A stretch of 64,000 nt of DNA from Daphnia carinata (Eukaryota). The stretch spans positions 10,912,001 through 10,976,000 of the forward strand of contig NC_081331.1 of assembly GCF_022539665.2 (NCBI RefSeq). Reading direction: 5' to 3'. Numbering within the stretch: the stretch's first letter is position 1; each line of letters begins with the position of its first letter. Made by a program: the position numbers and the translations under genes. The notes below the pieces were generated by a model. It ran no database searches. It saw only the letters and a list, made by a program, of their open reading frames with translations, and was not told where the DNA came from. Shown here piece after piece: positions 1-15,459 of this stretch.

Positions 1-3000
1 TTTTATATTTTTATTTCCTTTTTCTTCTGACACGCATGGTCCACTTTGGCCCTCCCCGATTTCTTTATAGTATGTCCGTTGTGTATGCCAAATTGACACA
101 CGCACGACCAGGGAAACCTTCACTAAGAATTCTCTACTTCCTTTCCATGTGTTTCCCCTGAAAAGGGTAAAATAGTATATTTTTTTTCTTTTGAACACAC
201 AAAGATGGGGAATATTGTTCTAGGTCTACCATATGTCAGAATCAGAGCCATGTGGGTCAGGCATTTTTTTATTGACCTTTTTGAACTATGTTTTCAACAC
301 ATGCCGGATGTCAATTTCAATTAAAAATTGGGAAACGAAAATTTTAAGAGAAAAATGAATTTCAATTCACTGCCAAGGTCGTTTTATCACACAAGTTTTT
401 CTTTGTTCTTGCTAAAAAAAAAAAAATCGAATTAAAACAGTTTTCATTGCGACATTTGACTTTTTGTTACGAATCCTGCAAATCGAGTCGGTCCAGTTTT
501 TCTCGTTCTTTCCCGTCGTCAGGGAAACATCTAGTAAAACTTTAGGTCAACTAAAAAAAAATGAACGCGATGGAGAAAAAAAAAACCGCTATGTCGAATA
601 ATTCTGGTTCCCAACAGCTGTCGTGTCTACATCGCCCGCGGGAGTGAAAGAAAATATCAAGAGAAATTTAAAAGAAAAAAAAAATATGGAAGAATGTTAC
701 AAGTATCCATCCATCACGAAATCATATTTAAATATCCCCCCCCCCTTTTTTTCCCCTCGTTCAATCCAGCATTCTAGTCATGAAGTCGAATGTTTTTTTT
801 CTTCTTCCTTCTAAAGGCTAAAAGGGGAAGAAAAATTTGGGAAACTTTCATCGTCACGGCCGCGTAGGAAATCTATAGCGGGTCTATGTGTGTCAAGGGT
901 ATACCTGCACGAACGCAGCAGAGAAAATCAAGTTGGGCATGTGTCATAAGAAGGAAAACAAAAAAAAAAAGAACTAAGCAGGGACGGGAAGTTGCTGTGC
1001 GCTTGGTCATGTATTCTTTCCTCATATCATTTCACAATCACCTGTAACGGGTGGAAGGAGTTTGACTAGCAGAAGAAAAAAAGGTGATCCATGTACCTGA
1101 CGCAATTTCTGTTTCCTCCGTTTTTGGAAACAAACAAAATATTAGCCAATTGTAAAATAGGAATGGTGTCAGAAGAACAAACTCCTACTGGATTAGGAAG
1201 AGAAAAAAAAAAGGGGGAATATATTATTAATCGATGTGTATAGACAATGTGTAAAACGAATAATAGACGCACGAACAGCGTGCACCAGCGCGCGGGGGAA
1301 GGCGAAAGTCAATGACCAGCGGTGAACTTTCCTGCTTCAGGGGGAAATAAGAAAGAGAAAGAAAAAAAAACTACACACACACACACACACACACCGGTCT
1401 TGTGGTAAATGTAAAAATACCAAGTCCAATCTGGTTTTGCGCAAAAATTGGGCCTAAAGCGATATATATATATTCACATTAAACATATATTTTTTTTAAA
1501 ATTAAGATTCAAGGTGTGTAAATCCTCCCCCTCGTTGTTCTTCTAATTATTGTCTGGCCCTCACTTTCCATTCTGTGGGGTGTTTAGTAATCTGAGAAGT
1601 GGGATTCTTTACTTTTGACTTCCTAGTATGAGATCATTAGCCCTCTCGCTCTTTGGCTGACCTAACGATCGCCCTTTGAGAGGGACTTGATCAAATAATC
1701 ATTTCCTTCTGCACCTGGATGGACTTTGTTTTTTTTTCTGGAACTTGTTCAGGTGAATCTTGTTTTCGCCCTTTTTTTTTGGATCAATTAACTAGATCCT
1801 GTAAGACGACAATCATTCGTTTTGGGCTTTGAAAACTCGTCGAATAACGGTTCTTCTTAACAAAAAACAAAAGAGAGAACAGGATTTACAAAGACAAATC
1901 AAGAGATGGAAAGTTAAATCTGATATGAAAATTTCACAATCTTCTATTACAGACGGATAATAATATCAAACATCATTTCTAAGCCTAGGATTTTTAAAGT
2001 TAATTTTACCTTTAAAAAAAAAGTATAACATCTGGAAGACTTGCGTAACAACCTGCGGGATAAGAAAGAACATTTTATTTTGATCGACCATATGACGGGC
2101 ATCTGGTGGTGTGTGACTGGAGGGGCGGGAAGGTTGGTCCTGGAGTCCATTCGGTGCCATCGAACCCTCACTCCGTGAATTCTTTTTTTTTTTTCTTTTT
2201 CCCGAGAGCGAAACGCCTCGCAGCTGATAAATGAGAGTTCTCTTTCGCGCAAGGGCGGTTCGTTCCGCCGAGCTTCTTCCGCTATATTCACGATCGGCAG
2301 TTGTTTGGTGTGGGAAGGGAAAAACAAGTGGCAACAGCCAAGTATAGCCTCAAGTTAAAAAAAAATTTTCTTTATTTTATATTTGAAATTATTAACACAA
2401 TGCCTATACAGTGAGATCCTTTTAGCAACGGGAAATAGCGGGAGCTGCTGTTGTAGCTTCTAACGTAGCGACAACTACGCATCTTTTTTTTTTTTTCACG
2501 ACAACGTCATCGTGCTTGGCTAGTCGACCGGAACCGTGACAGGGCGATTACCTCGTGATCATTAAAAAAAAAAAAGGGATTCCTTTTCATTTTTTTAAAT
2601 TCTTTTTAAAACCTCCGTCTTTCTTGTCCATTGAATGTCAAAGCAGATAGATGTCTTTGATTTGTATAAAGGCCGTAGAGCTTTGATTCACGACGGCATT
2701 ACAAGGGTGTAAGGAATGTGTCGCGTGTGTAGGGAAACACAACCAAAATGGGTCTTTTTTTTCTCTCTCTCTTTCAAGGTTTTCCACAGTACGTCAGTCG
2801 TTTGCAATGATGCAACTTCCTCTTTCCCAGAATGCCCTTCCTTTCTTGTACAAAATTCAAGGCGAAACTCCATTGGCGGGGTTCTTTTTTGTTCTTTCAA
2901 ACGCAATAGACAGAAAATGTCACCCTATTTTCAGGTTTTCTAGGTACTTCCATTTTCTCGTGAGAATCCGCTTTAAAAAAAAAATATCCAGACGGATTTC

Positions 3001-3138
3001 CGATCATCCGCTGATTGTTTAAAATGGGATACAAAATAAGATCCCCCGTCCAACAGTAGCTGTTGATTTTAAACAAAATCAATTTTCAAATGAAATTAAA
3101 ATATTTAACGGTTGTGCTTTTCTTCTTTCCGTTTTCAG

Positions 3139-5920
<2,782 letters not shown>

Positions 5921-7504
5921 CAACATACCAACAACAACAAAAAAGACAACCACTTTCATAATCATAATCAACCGTATATAGTATCCTCTCCTCCTGTTAT
6001 GTTTTACACTCCTTTTTACACGACAGCAACACACACAACATATAACACGAAATTTATGAGCAAATTGGTATATAGTGATTTTTATTTGCTCGGTAAAAAA
6101 AAATGGATGGTTTTCTATTTTTTATTTGAACGGTGGGGGGAAAAGAAAAATCTCTAAAATTAAAAAAAGGTACTACATGTTATATTATCCACTATATAGC
6201 AGACGCACAAACGTTTGTTCCTGTCTTTCCTTGTAAGTTATCGTGTGTGTGTGTGTGTGTGTGTGTTTGGGACTGTTTGGAAGAAGGGCGGAGGGCGTTA
6301 CACGGAAAACATTGACTCAAACACGCACACACATACGACACTGATTTCTAACCTTATGGGTTCTACGTATAGTTTCCATTTTGCGATTTAAGCACTAAGC
6401 AGAAAGATTTCTAAAACTTAAAAAATGTCCTTCCAGCATTGAAAAAAAAAATATCTAGGGGGGAAGCAGGTTAACTTAAACAACGAACACTTGAAACACG
6501 CAATTACACATTCACACATACAAAAAACTACAGTTAATATTTTCTATTTCAAAAAAATCTGTTATTGGGACCGCATATTTTCGGTGTGTTAAGAAAGCAA
6601 GATGAGAAAAAAAACCTTTCTAAAGGAATTCAGGGGGCTCATGGCTATTTTTCCGTTTTCTTTTTTTTTTCCAGTTTCAGTTTGTGTGTTTGTATTTTTG
6701 TTTTACACATATCCCTTTTTCTCTCTAGTGGCTGTCGAGCAATTTTTTTTTTCTATTTGATGAAACAGGTATAATGTTATGTATTTGAGGTGCGACTATA
6801 TTCATCTTTATTTGTGTGATCTTTCACTACCCCCTACCCCCCATCATCACGTTGAAAGAAAGTTAATTGAAATTTCGGTGTTACAAAAAAACGTGAAAAA
6901 AAAACGAAAATTCGGAACCTTTTTTTTTTTTAAATTTCGTGGACATTGTTTATTTCGGTTGTGGGGTTTGGCTACGCCATCGTGGTGTGGCGATTCGGGG
7001 GTGTGCATTCATGTTTGTACCGTGTATGTGCTGCTGGGGTTTTTATATAGGGTCAGTGGAATACGATTCTACCGTTTTTATGCAACCAAATAATTTATAT
7101 ATTTTCCGCGCTCTTCTCCGCCTGGATAAAAATTCGCACATCTTTTCTCTGTTTTAGTTGATTTCCCCTCGTATTTCGTTATCTTCGTAGTTACACACAC
7201 CGACCCTCCAAAACTTTTATCACCCTGTTCTGAAAAATCTTAGTTCTTCCCATACACTTTATTCTAAATGATCGCTCTGATGATTTATCCTGCATTTTTT
7301 TTTTGAAAAAAAGCTGTCACAATCATGTACGTCTCGTCATATTCTTTCGAATAATAAACACATATATCTGAGTATGACCGGCACCTGTTGCCGTGCGTAA
7401 ATCGTAGATTTCTAGGAACATTATTGCAACAAAAAGAAATCGATGGGTCGCTGCAGTGGGCGTTTGGGTAAAAAATTATTAAACGCAAAAAAAAAAAATA
7501 CATA

Positions 7505-7572
7505 ACAACAAAGATTCGAACCCGTGAAATCAGCATGGCAGCCGTCAACGATACTACAGCGCCATACTTTAC
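7505..7572 (-). pseudogene. tRNA-like unit (Gly-like loop CTGCCAT), divergent partner of 7640-7712
   Basis: The minus strand reads ...TATGGCGCTGTAG...GGCTGCCATGCTG...CACGGGTTCGAATCT, with the B-box at 7512-7522. There is no acceptor stem, and the boundaries are approximate. Confidence 0.45.
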
Positions 7573-7639
7573 CCACAGTAATGTATATAAGCTGCCTAGT
7601 TGAATGGGTGACCCCCAAAGCAAAATTTAATTGGGATGT

Positions 7640-7712
7640 GCGGTCCTGGCACAGAGGTTATCACCCTCGCTTTGTAATCTGAAGTCCCCGGGTTCAAGTC
7701 CCGGCACCGCCA
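7640..7712 (+). pseudogene. tRNA-derived (Ala-like) 73-nt unit
   Basis: A-box-like TGGCACAGAGG, B-box GGTTCAAGTCC, acceptor-like pairing GCGGT/ACCGC and 3' CCA. The D and anticodon stems do not pair well. Confidence 0.65.
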
Positions 7713-8733
7713 ACTTCCAAACCCTCCATTCCCTCCCGCCCTCCCCCCATCTCCTCCCACCCTCCCCCCCATGTCATCATTCATCATTCAAGATTCATCT
7801 CATCGGATTACGCAACATTCAGCATCTTCATGACTACGGATGCGCAAGTTTCTACATAAAATGGATAGAAGAATCTTTCAAGAAAGAAGAGAAGAAAGAA
7901 GAGCCATGCCTACTATAAAGAAGCTAAATGGCACTACACTAAAAAAACACTACACACATACCTACACGACAATACAGACGTTTCACATCGATCTGTAGTA
8001 CCGTTCACTACACGTTAAAGATCGACCCACAAACGGAAGGTAGAGAAGAGGCAATCGTAGCTTGTAGGTTGTTCGTAAGCCTCCCCATGGCCACTAGGTT
8101 CATGGATGCCGGCAGCTAATCATCGGGATACGTGACCCTCTTCGATACCCGTAAGTTTTTCTTGGTTCTTATTGTGTCTAACAGTAGCACTAATATTAAC
8201 AGAAGCTAGCACTAATATGAACAGTAAGTTATATTTATTATAGCATGAAAGAAGCATTCCTGAAGACGTAACGTACTGGTGCGCCAAATCGAACCAACCA
8301 GAACGTTTTGAATACTGAATACTGGCGCCAGCAGAAACACTCAATGTCTGATGAAATTTCCATGTGAAAGAACATTTGAAAAGAGAATGACAGTTGAGTA
8401 AAAATAACTCCTAATATGGAACTTGAAGACAAAGAAAGCCATTATTTATAGTTCTTCGTAATGAACCGCTATTTAATAATATACATGCTCATCATAGCTA
8501 CGTTAGAGCTACGTTTCCAAAGTAAGACGTTGTCATTTAATTTGCTAGATCGCATTGATATAGACGTCAGCTGTTTCCCATACCGTCGTGTTTTTCAGCC
8601 TAATGAACAGCCTGATCTCAAATTGTTAGTTGCCTGAAAGATCTTCGAGCACACAATCGCCAACTCTCTTGCGTTTCACATCTAAAGCCGCGTGGAAGTC
8701 TCTGTTGCTGAAATAATTTACCACGAATTCATA

Positions 8734-11700
8734 ATGGGAGGCAACACGTCATCGTCGGTCAACGCAGAAAGTAACACAACCGTCGAGAAAGAAGCTGTTG
8801 TTGCAGTGCCAGAAATTGCTAAGCTTGTGGACCGAGATCCTTATTTGAAACTCCACGAAGATGAAATACGACGCAGGTATACATTTGGATTCTTTTGTTT
8901 CTCAGGTCAAGTCTCATTCAATTTTATTTTTCAGGTATGGTGTTTTTAACAACTTGAGGAATGAAATAAATGATACAGAAGGAGGCATTGACACATTCAC
9001 TTCAGCTTACAAGACATTTGGCATCCATATTAATCAAGATAACAGTGTCAGATGCAAAGAATGGGCACCTGGAGCTGGTCAGCTATACCTGTATGGAGAT
9101 TTCAGTATGCAAAATTCCGAAAAAATTCATAATGCTTTTCATCTTTCTAACTGTAATTGCTGAATATTTACAGATGGTTGGGAAAAGAAAAGAAATCCAT
9201 ATCAGAAACTTGACTTTGGGAAATGGGAATTAAAAATTCCTGCAAACCCAGATGGTACCTGTCCAATTAAGCATGGTTCAAAATTGAAGGTATGTTTGAA
9301 ATAACCTAGTATATTTCTATCTATGGTAAAACAAAAACGATACCTGATTATTTGGTAAAACCTTTAGATTGTAGTTGAAAGTGAGGATGGGTCACTGTTG
9401 GACAGATTATCTCCATGGGCAACCTATGTTGTTAAGCCACCGGTTGAAGAAGGCTTTACTTACCAACAAGTTGTTTGGCATCCACCACAGGTATGATTAA
9501 ACCAGTGTCCATCTTGTATAGTTGTTGAATTCAAAGAACACCAAGCAATGAAAGTATAAATTTTCTTCAGAAATACCAATTCCAGCATTCGCGTCCAAAA
9601 CGGCCTGGCAGCCTTAGAATTTATGAATGCCATGTGGGAATCGCGACTACAGAAGGGAAAGTTGGCTCGTACGTGGAGTTTAGAGAAAACGTTATCCCAC
9701 GCATCGTGAAACTTGGTATGTTATATTAATGTTAATGGCATTATTTTATATTGCACAATCTTGGAAAGAGTTACAACCTTTCTTCAATATCCATAGGGTA
9801 CAACGCTCTTCAACTAATGGCCATCATGGAGCATGCGTACTATGGTAGCTTTGGCTACCAAGTTACCAGTTTTTATGCGGCGTCAAGGTACATACGTTTT
9901 ACCCCTTTCTCTTTGATGCCACTCTTTAGACTATGTCGTTTTAGCCGATATGGAAACCCAGAAGAACTTAAAGAACTAATAGATGTGGCACATTCTCATG
10001 GACTCGTCGTACTACTTGACGTCGTCCACTCCCATGCTTCCAAAAATGTGTTAGACGGACTTAATCAATTCGATGGTACAGATTCTTGTTTTTTTCATGG
10101 AGGTGCACGCGGTGAACATACTCTTTGGGATAGTCGGCTTTTTAATTATTCAAGGTAATTTTGAAATCATTCAAGAAAGAGATGTATCTAACTTTGTTTT
10201 TTCCCCACCAGTTGGGAAGTGTTGCGCTTTTTACTCTCCAATCTCAGGTGGTATATGGAAGAGTACCTATTTGATGGATTCAGGTATGCCCGATGGTTCA
10301 CGTTTCTGTACTGAAATGGTTATACGAATTTCTTTAAGGTTCGATGGCGTCACATCTATGCTGTATCATTCACGAGGAATCGGACAGGGTTTTAGTGGTG
10401 ATTACAATGAATATTTTGGACTCAATACCGATACAGAGGCTTTGTGTTACCTTGCCTTGGCTAATCATATGCTCCACGAAATGTATCCGGATGTCATTAC
10501 TGTGGCTGAGGTATATGCTTTCGCTTACAGTCTAAAAGCACCTCTAAATAAGGCATTTCAAAAACAATTTATTAATACTTTGTGTTTCCATTTTTAGGAT
10601 GTGTCTGGCATGCCAGCTCTGTGTAGGCCGGTGAGTGAAGGTGGCGGTGGATTCGATTATCGGTTGGGGATGGCTATTCCGGATAAATGGATCCAGCTGT
10701 TGAAAGAGCACAAAGATGAAGACTGGAACGTCGGAAACCTTGTCCACACTTTGACCAACAGAAGGTGGATGGAAAAAACCATCGCCTATGCCGAGTCTCA
10801 TGATCAGGTAAAGAACGAAGTAAAAATAAAATACTTTGCAACTAGTCAACTCTTTTATTCTACCAATACATGTAGGCCTTAGTGGGGGATAAAACAATTG
10901 CATTTTGGTTGATGGACAAAGAAATGTATACCCATATGTCTGTGTTGTCGGATCCATCACCAGTGATTGATCGTGGCATTGCTTTACACAAGATGATCCG
11001 ACTGATCACACACGCCCTAGGTGGAGAAGGTTATCTTAATTTTATTGGTAAGTTTCCCGTTTTCGTTAAATATATTTGTATCGTAGAACATCGCTTTAAC
11101 ATCTTCGAAATAAACAAGGAAATGAATTTGGTCACCCCGAATGGTTGGATTTTCCTCGCGTCGGAAACAACGAATCATACCACTATGCTCGGAGACAATG
11201 GAACCTTGTGGATGATGAATTACTCAAGTATCGTTACCTCAATAATTTCGATGCTGCCATGAACCATTTAGAGGAACAGTATGGATGGCTACAAAAAGAT
11301 CCAGTAAGTGCTGTAATTGATGAAATTTACTTCTTGCACGCTTCAAGCGCAACCTTTTACGTAGGGTTACGTAAGCACAAAGCATGAGGGAGACAAGGTT
11401 ATCTCATTCGATCGTGCTGGTTTGGTATTTGTCTTCAACTTTAACCCCACGCAAAGTTTCACCGACTATCGCGTTGGTGTACCGGTCGCTGGCAAATATC
11501 GCGTTGTGCTGGACTCCGATGACCATGAATGTGGAGGTCATGGGCGGTTAGACCACAACACCAACTATTTTTCGTTTGAAGAACCGTTTGGAGGTCGCCC
11601 TTATTCAACAATGGTATTCCACTTTTCGTTTAGTTGAAACGAATAAAAAATGTTAATCATCTGCAGGTGTACGCACCCTGTCGCACGTCGTTTGTGTTGG

Positions 11701-11738
11701 CTCCTATGGATCCAAACGTGCACGGGACATCAGAGTAG
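8734..11738 (+). CDS. GBE1: 1,4-alpha-glucan (glycogen) branching enzyme, 14 exons: 8734-8876, 8935-9104, 9174-9289, 9368-9490, 9571-9715, 9797-9887, 9945-10154, 10212-10283, 10339-10510, 10598-10807, 10876-11047, 11119-11303, 11365-11613, 11667-11738
   Basis: GH13 branching-enzyme motifs [78 protein letters not shown] and [14 protein letters not shown] are all in frame after removing short GT-AG introns. The TAG ends at 11738. Confidence 0.97.
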
Positions 11739-12440
11739 GAAGGTTCCATCTCGGTCAAGGAAGTGTTTTCCATCAGGTTGCATGAGTTACGTACGCCACT
11801 ATGGGTAAGCGAGTTTTGTTTAAAGTTTTTGGTTTTCGGTGTATGCTGTTAATGATTTAAAGGGACAGTGAAGATCGCTAAAACTCAATAAAATTGGATG
11901 CCAATTTATACCTGTTTGTTACCCTTGTTAGTAAATAGTTCATTGTTGGAAATAAAAACGTATTATTCGAAAGAAATTCGCAAAATTTGGTTAGTGACAC
12001 TAAGGAAAATCATTTGCTTCTTGCTCATTCAACCATATTTACATTGCTCATCTTTCAAGAACTTTAGGACATAAATACTGCTTAGCGTATCAACTTGGAC
12101 AATTGTCTTCAATGAAATTTTAATATGTTACAAGTATTTCTAAAATTTCGATAAACATTTTAATACTTAAATTCTTTAGAGACTTTGGTAACTAAAGATT
12201 TTTATAATATTTCAAAGCCGTAGGGCAGAATAGGGGATGCTAGCTTAATACCAAATCTTTAAAAAAAAATTTTGTTATTTATCTTTGTTGAGTCAAGTTA
12301 TGCGCAAGTAGTTCAAAGAATGGATTACATAATAATTCTTTAGGTGACTTAAATTCATTAGCTTGAAGAACTATTCTTCCCATGATTTACTATACATATA
12401 TTTTGATAAACTCTTCTACCAAAATCGTCAATTTTAGTTC

Positions 12441-13080
12441 AAGTTAATCGTTTTCACATAAACCGAATATTTGACGCAATGCTAGCGCGCCAGTACGCTA
12501 CAGCGCTAGCGCGATGCAGCAGATATATATCTTTTTTTTCATTATTTTTGCAACGGCTGCTTTAGTGAGAAAACAAATCACGGAATCGAAATCAGCGTCC
12601 ATTTTTTACTATACCCTTTGATTTTTGTCGAATTCCAAGAGATGTCGTTTTTGGCCGATTTTGACAAAAGTAGGAAGGCTATATAGCCTTACCACTTTTT
12701 CATTTTTGGCCAAATTTTAAATTTTGCTCAAAATACATGATTTCGATGGAGAATTGAATGCTGACCACGAAAATCAAATTTGTTTTCCAATTGGCCTTAT
12801 AGTTTCTAGATTAAACGTAAAAAAAGAAAAAATAAGAAAAGTCGGGCTTATTCTTTGTTCGGGTTTTAAAATTTTTTCTGCGAAAACTGAAACCCATCAG
12901 AATTGATTGAATGTCACAGCATATACGCAAAGTTGAATGCTGATTCCGGTAAAATTGCTATTTTTGTTAAGAAGTTAATCGTTTTTGAAATACACCAAGT
13001 ATTTGACGCAATGCTAACGCGTTAGTACGCTACAGCGCTAGCGAGCTGCAGCAGACATATTCGGTAAGCAAAACGGATTG
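12441..13080. repeat. Transposon-end-like motif region with ~90 bp direct repeats (12441-12530, 12972-13060)
   Basis: aagttaatcgtttt...atttgacgcaatgcta-cgc--agtacgctacagcgctagcg...gcagcaga occurs twice. Inverted copies of the same motifs lie at 35600-35965. Confidence 0.7.
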
Positions 13081-15459
13081 CCATTATACAATGCAGATGT
13101 GGGTAGCATTACTCGTGGCGTTCGTTGCGGACTTTTAGAGAACCCTCTTATGTTCTGCTCTCAGCTAACCTCTAGTGTTTATCAGTAAAGTATGGCAATA
13201 TGGCAATCCGTATGGCAATCCGTTTTACATAAAAAAAAAAAAAAAAAAAATGGCGGAAAAAAAAAAAAAAAAACGCACTTTTTTCTCTTTTTTCTACCCG
13301 TAGCCATCTATCAGTCGGTTTCGTTATTACAGGCATGTAAGCAATTTCAGTTAATTGTATCCCATTAGCAGTTAATTGAGTAGCGTGGCTGGAGAACAAC
13401 GCGTGGCTGGAGGAACAATTGAAAAATGGATAAGATAATAAAACAAAAAAATGGTAAGTATAAACATTATTATATTGGTTTTCAATTATAAATTATTGTT
13501 TATTAGATCAAATTATGAAGCTGCAGGCCCAGTTATTGGAACAACACAAAATATTAGATAACAAAGCTAAGGATCGTAGGCCTAACACGTAATGATTCTA
13601 TTTATTTGCTTTTATTCATTCGTGTTTTGTAGCTCAAAGTTTGAGTCTTCAAGCTCAGCTAGGGGAAAAGAACAAATTGGAACGGAACAGTTTCCAAACA
13701 GTGAAGGAGGTTTTTCAAAACTCATCTCAAACTGAACATGAGGATGAGTTGGCATTAGGCGAACACAGCCAGGTACCTAAAGTTTTCAAATAAGAATTCA
13801 AAATAAGTATAGAATTTAAAAAAAAACAGTTATTTATTGCTTAGTTATTCAGTCCACCACATGACAGTGTGTTAAATTTAAATTCTGTTAGTGCTGCACT
13901 AAAAGAATCGTTAGTAATAAACTCATGCAGTGAAGGAACTGAACAATTGTGGGAACATATTTGAGCCGAAAATGGGTGTGGTACAGAAACCCAGAAATAG
14001 CACGAGTTCAACATAAAACATGAATTAGGTACTTTTCGGTTTTTTGTCTATCGAAAAAGTATTTTTAATGCTATTATTTTGCATTCACAGAATTTTAGTG
14101 GGGGGATCAAGTCAAGTCTGGAAATGTTACAGGATGGAAGAGTCAGCCTGTAGTTGAAAAAACACTGAGAGTGCATTACCATTAAGGTGTGAGGTAAAGT
14201 AATAGAGTAATTCAAATTGTCTAATGAGAAATACCATCTTGTGTGAATGAATCCGGTACAACAGCAATCCTTTATAGTTCTGTCACAGCTAGAAGCCTCA
14301 AATAATTCTGCTTCTCTGACTAAACAACTTGTCCTTTACGTTCACAGTGTTGGTGAAACTGGGTACTTAAATGGCCCTAAAGATGTTTCATTTCGTTGGC
14401 ATTGCAGCGATGAACATCATACATGGACTTTTTAGGTATGAAAGGAATTTTCTTGAAAATTTTTTGAATTTATGACAAAGCATTTCTCCTGCTTTTTGCC
14501 AACCATGTCTAATCTAAAAAAAAATTAATCCAATAGGAAAGGATTTTCAGCATACTGGGAACACAACTATCAACAATGCAACATTCTATGGGTGCTATTT
14601 TATCATTCAAGAGCCTTATACAATGATTTTCATCTACAATTTGTATGGCCTTTCCCAAGCTTCTGCCATAAGTTGAATCTATGAGTCATGTAAGTCACAT
14701 GAGCAACAATTGAGATGCTTAATGGTGTTGTTTTTCTTTTCTCAGTATAGGTTAATAGTAACATTGGATCTGAAAAGATTCTTGGTTGGGGCAAGACACT
14801 GAATAAATTGTAATGATTGAATGGATGACATGACATTTCTATACTTAATTCGGATTCCCGAGACGGTATTTTATATTTAAAAAATTGAAGTGCATATCTG
14901 GGCTCCCTTCTTTCTGTAGCCCCGTTTCCCTTAAATTTTTAATAAGCCCGTAGGGGGTCATGCCCCTACTGTACGGTATATTTAAAAACAACATATACCG
15001 AGGTTTGGAGGGCTCTGGCCGGAAAGGGGACGTGGGGTGTCCGCTTAGTCCGATGATGTGTTCACGGAGGGCGATGTGGCTGCCCACAAATCCGAACTAA
15101 AGGTTAATCGCTCCTGTAAAAATGTTCCAAATCTTCAGCTCTTCTTCCGGCTTCTCTTAGCCAATCACCGGGTAATCTCCCCGGTGGGTCAACAAGGCAG
15201 TGTCTCCCCCTGCCTGGGTTGACGGCAACTTTTGAAAGGGCTATTGTGCCTTTTTAAAGTTGCAAAATCATTTATATGTGCAGAGTAATGTCAATACAAT
15301 TTATTTTTTTTAAACAAAAAATAGCAAAACTTATGTTTTTAACTGCTCTCTTACTCTGCCCTTTCTTTTTTTTTATATTGCTTGGTCTTGTGTTTTCTGC
15401 TTGGCATTCTTCTAATTTCTTTCTTCATTTAATATTCTTACTTCGATAATCCATTTTAA

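Larger units (their letters stand above)
7480..8160 (+). repeat. Dispersed repeat (back-to-back tRNA-like pair plus decayed exon); homologous to ~26090-26820 (+) and ~20870-21555 (-)
   Basis: Shared blocks seen by eye: tcgaacccgtgaaatcagcatgg, gggatgtgcggtcctggcacag, gagccatgcctactataa, atcgatctgtagtac-gttcactacacgttaa-gatcgacccacaaac, gatacc-gtaagtttt. Confidence 0.9.

Noticed and set aside
7640..7712. Functional tRNA gene call (also 26258-26330, 21315-21387)
   Set aside because: D and anticodon stems do not pair, the anticodon differs between copies, and no oligo-T terminator follows. Kept as tRNA-derived only.
13169..13210. Identification as the Daphnia Pokey element or as Kolobok
   Set aside because: No transposase was seen and I cannot match the termini to a named family. 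The TTAAAGGG at the right flank fits the interrupted ORF better than a Kolobok end.
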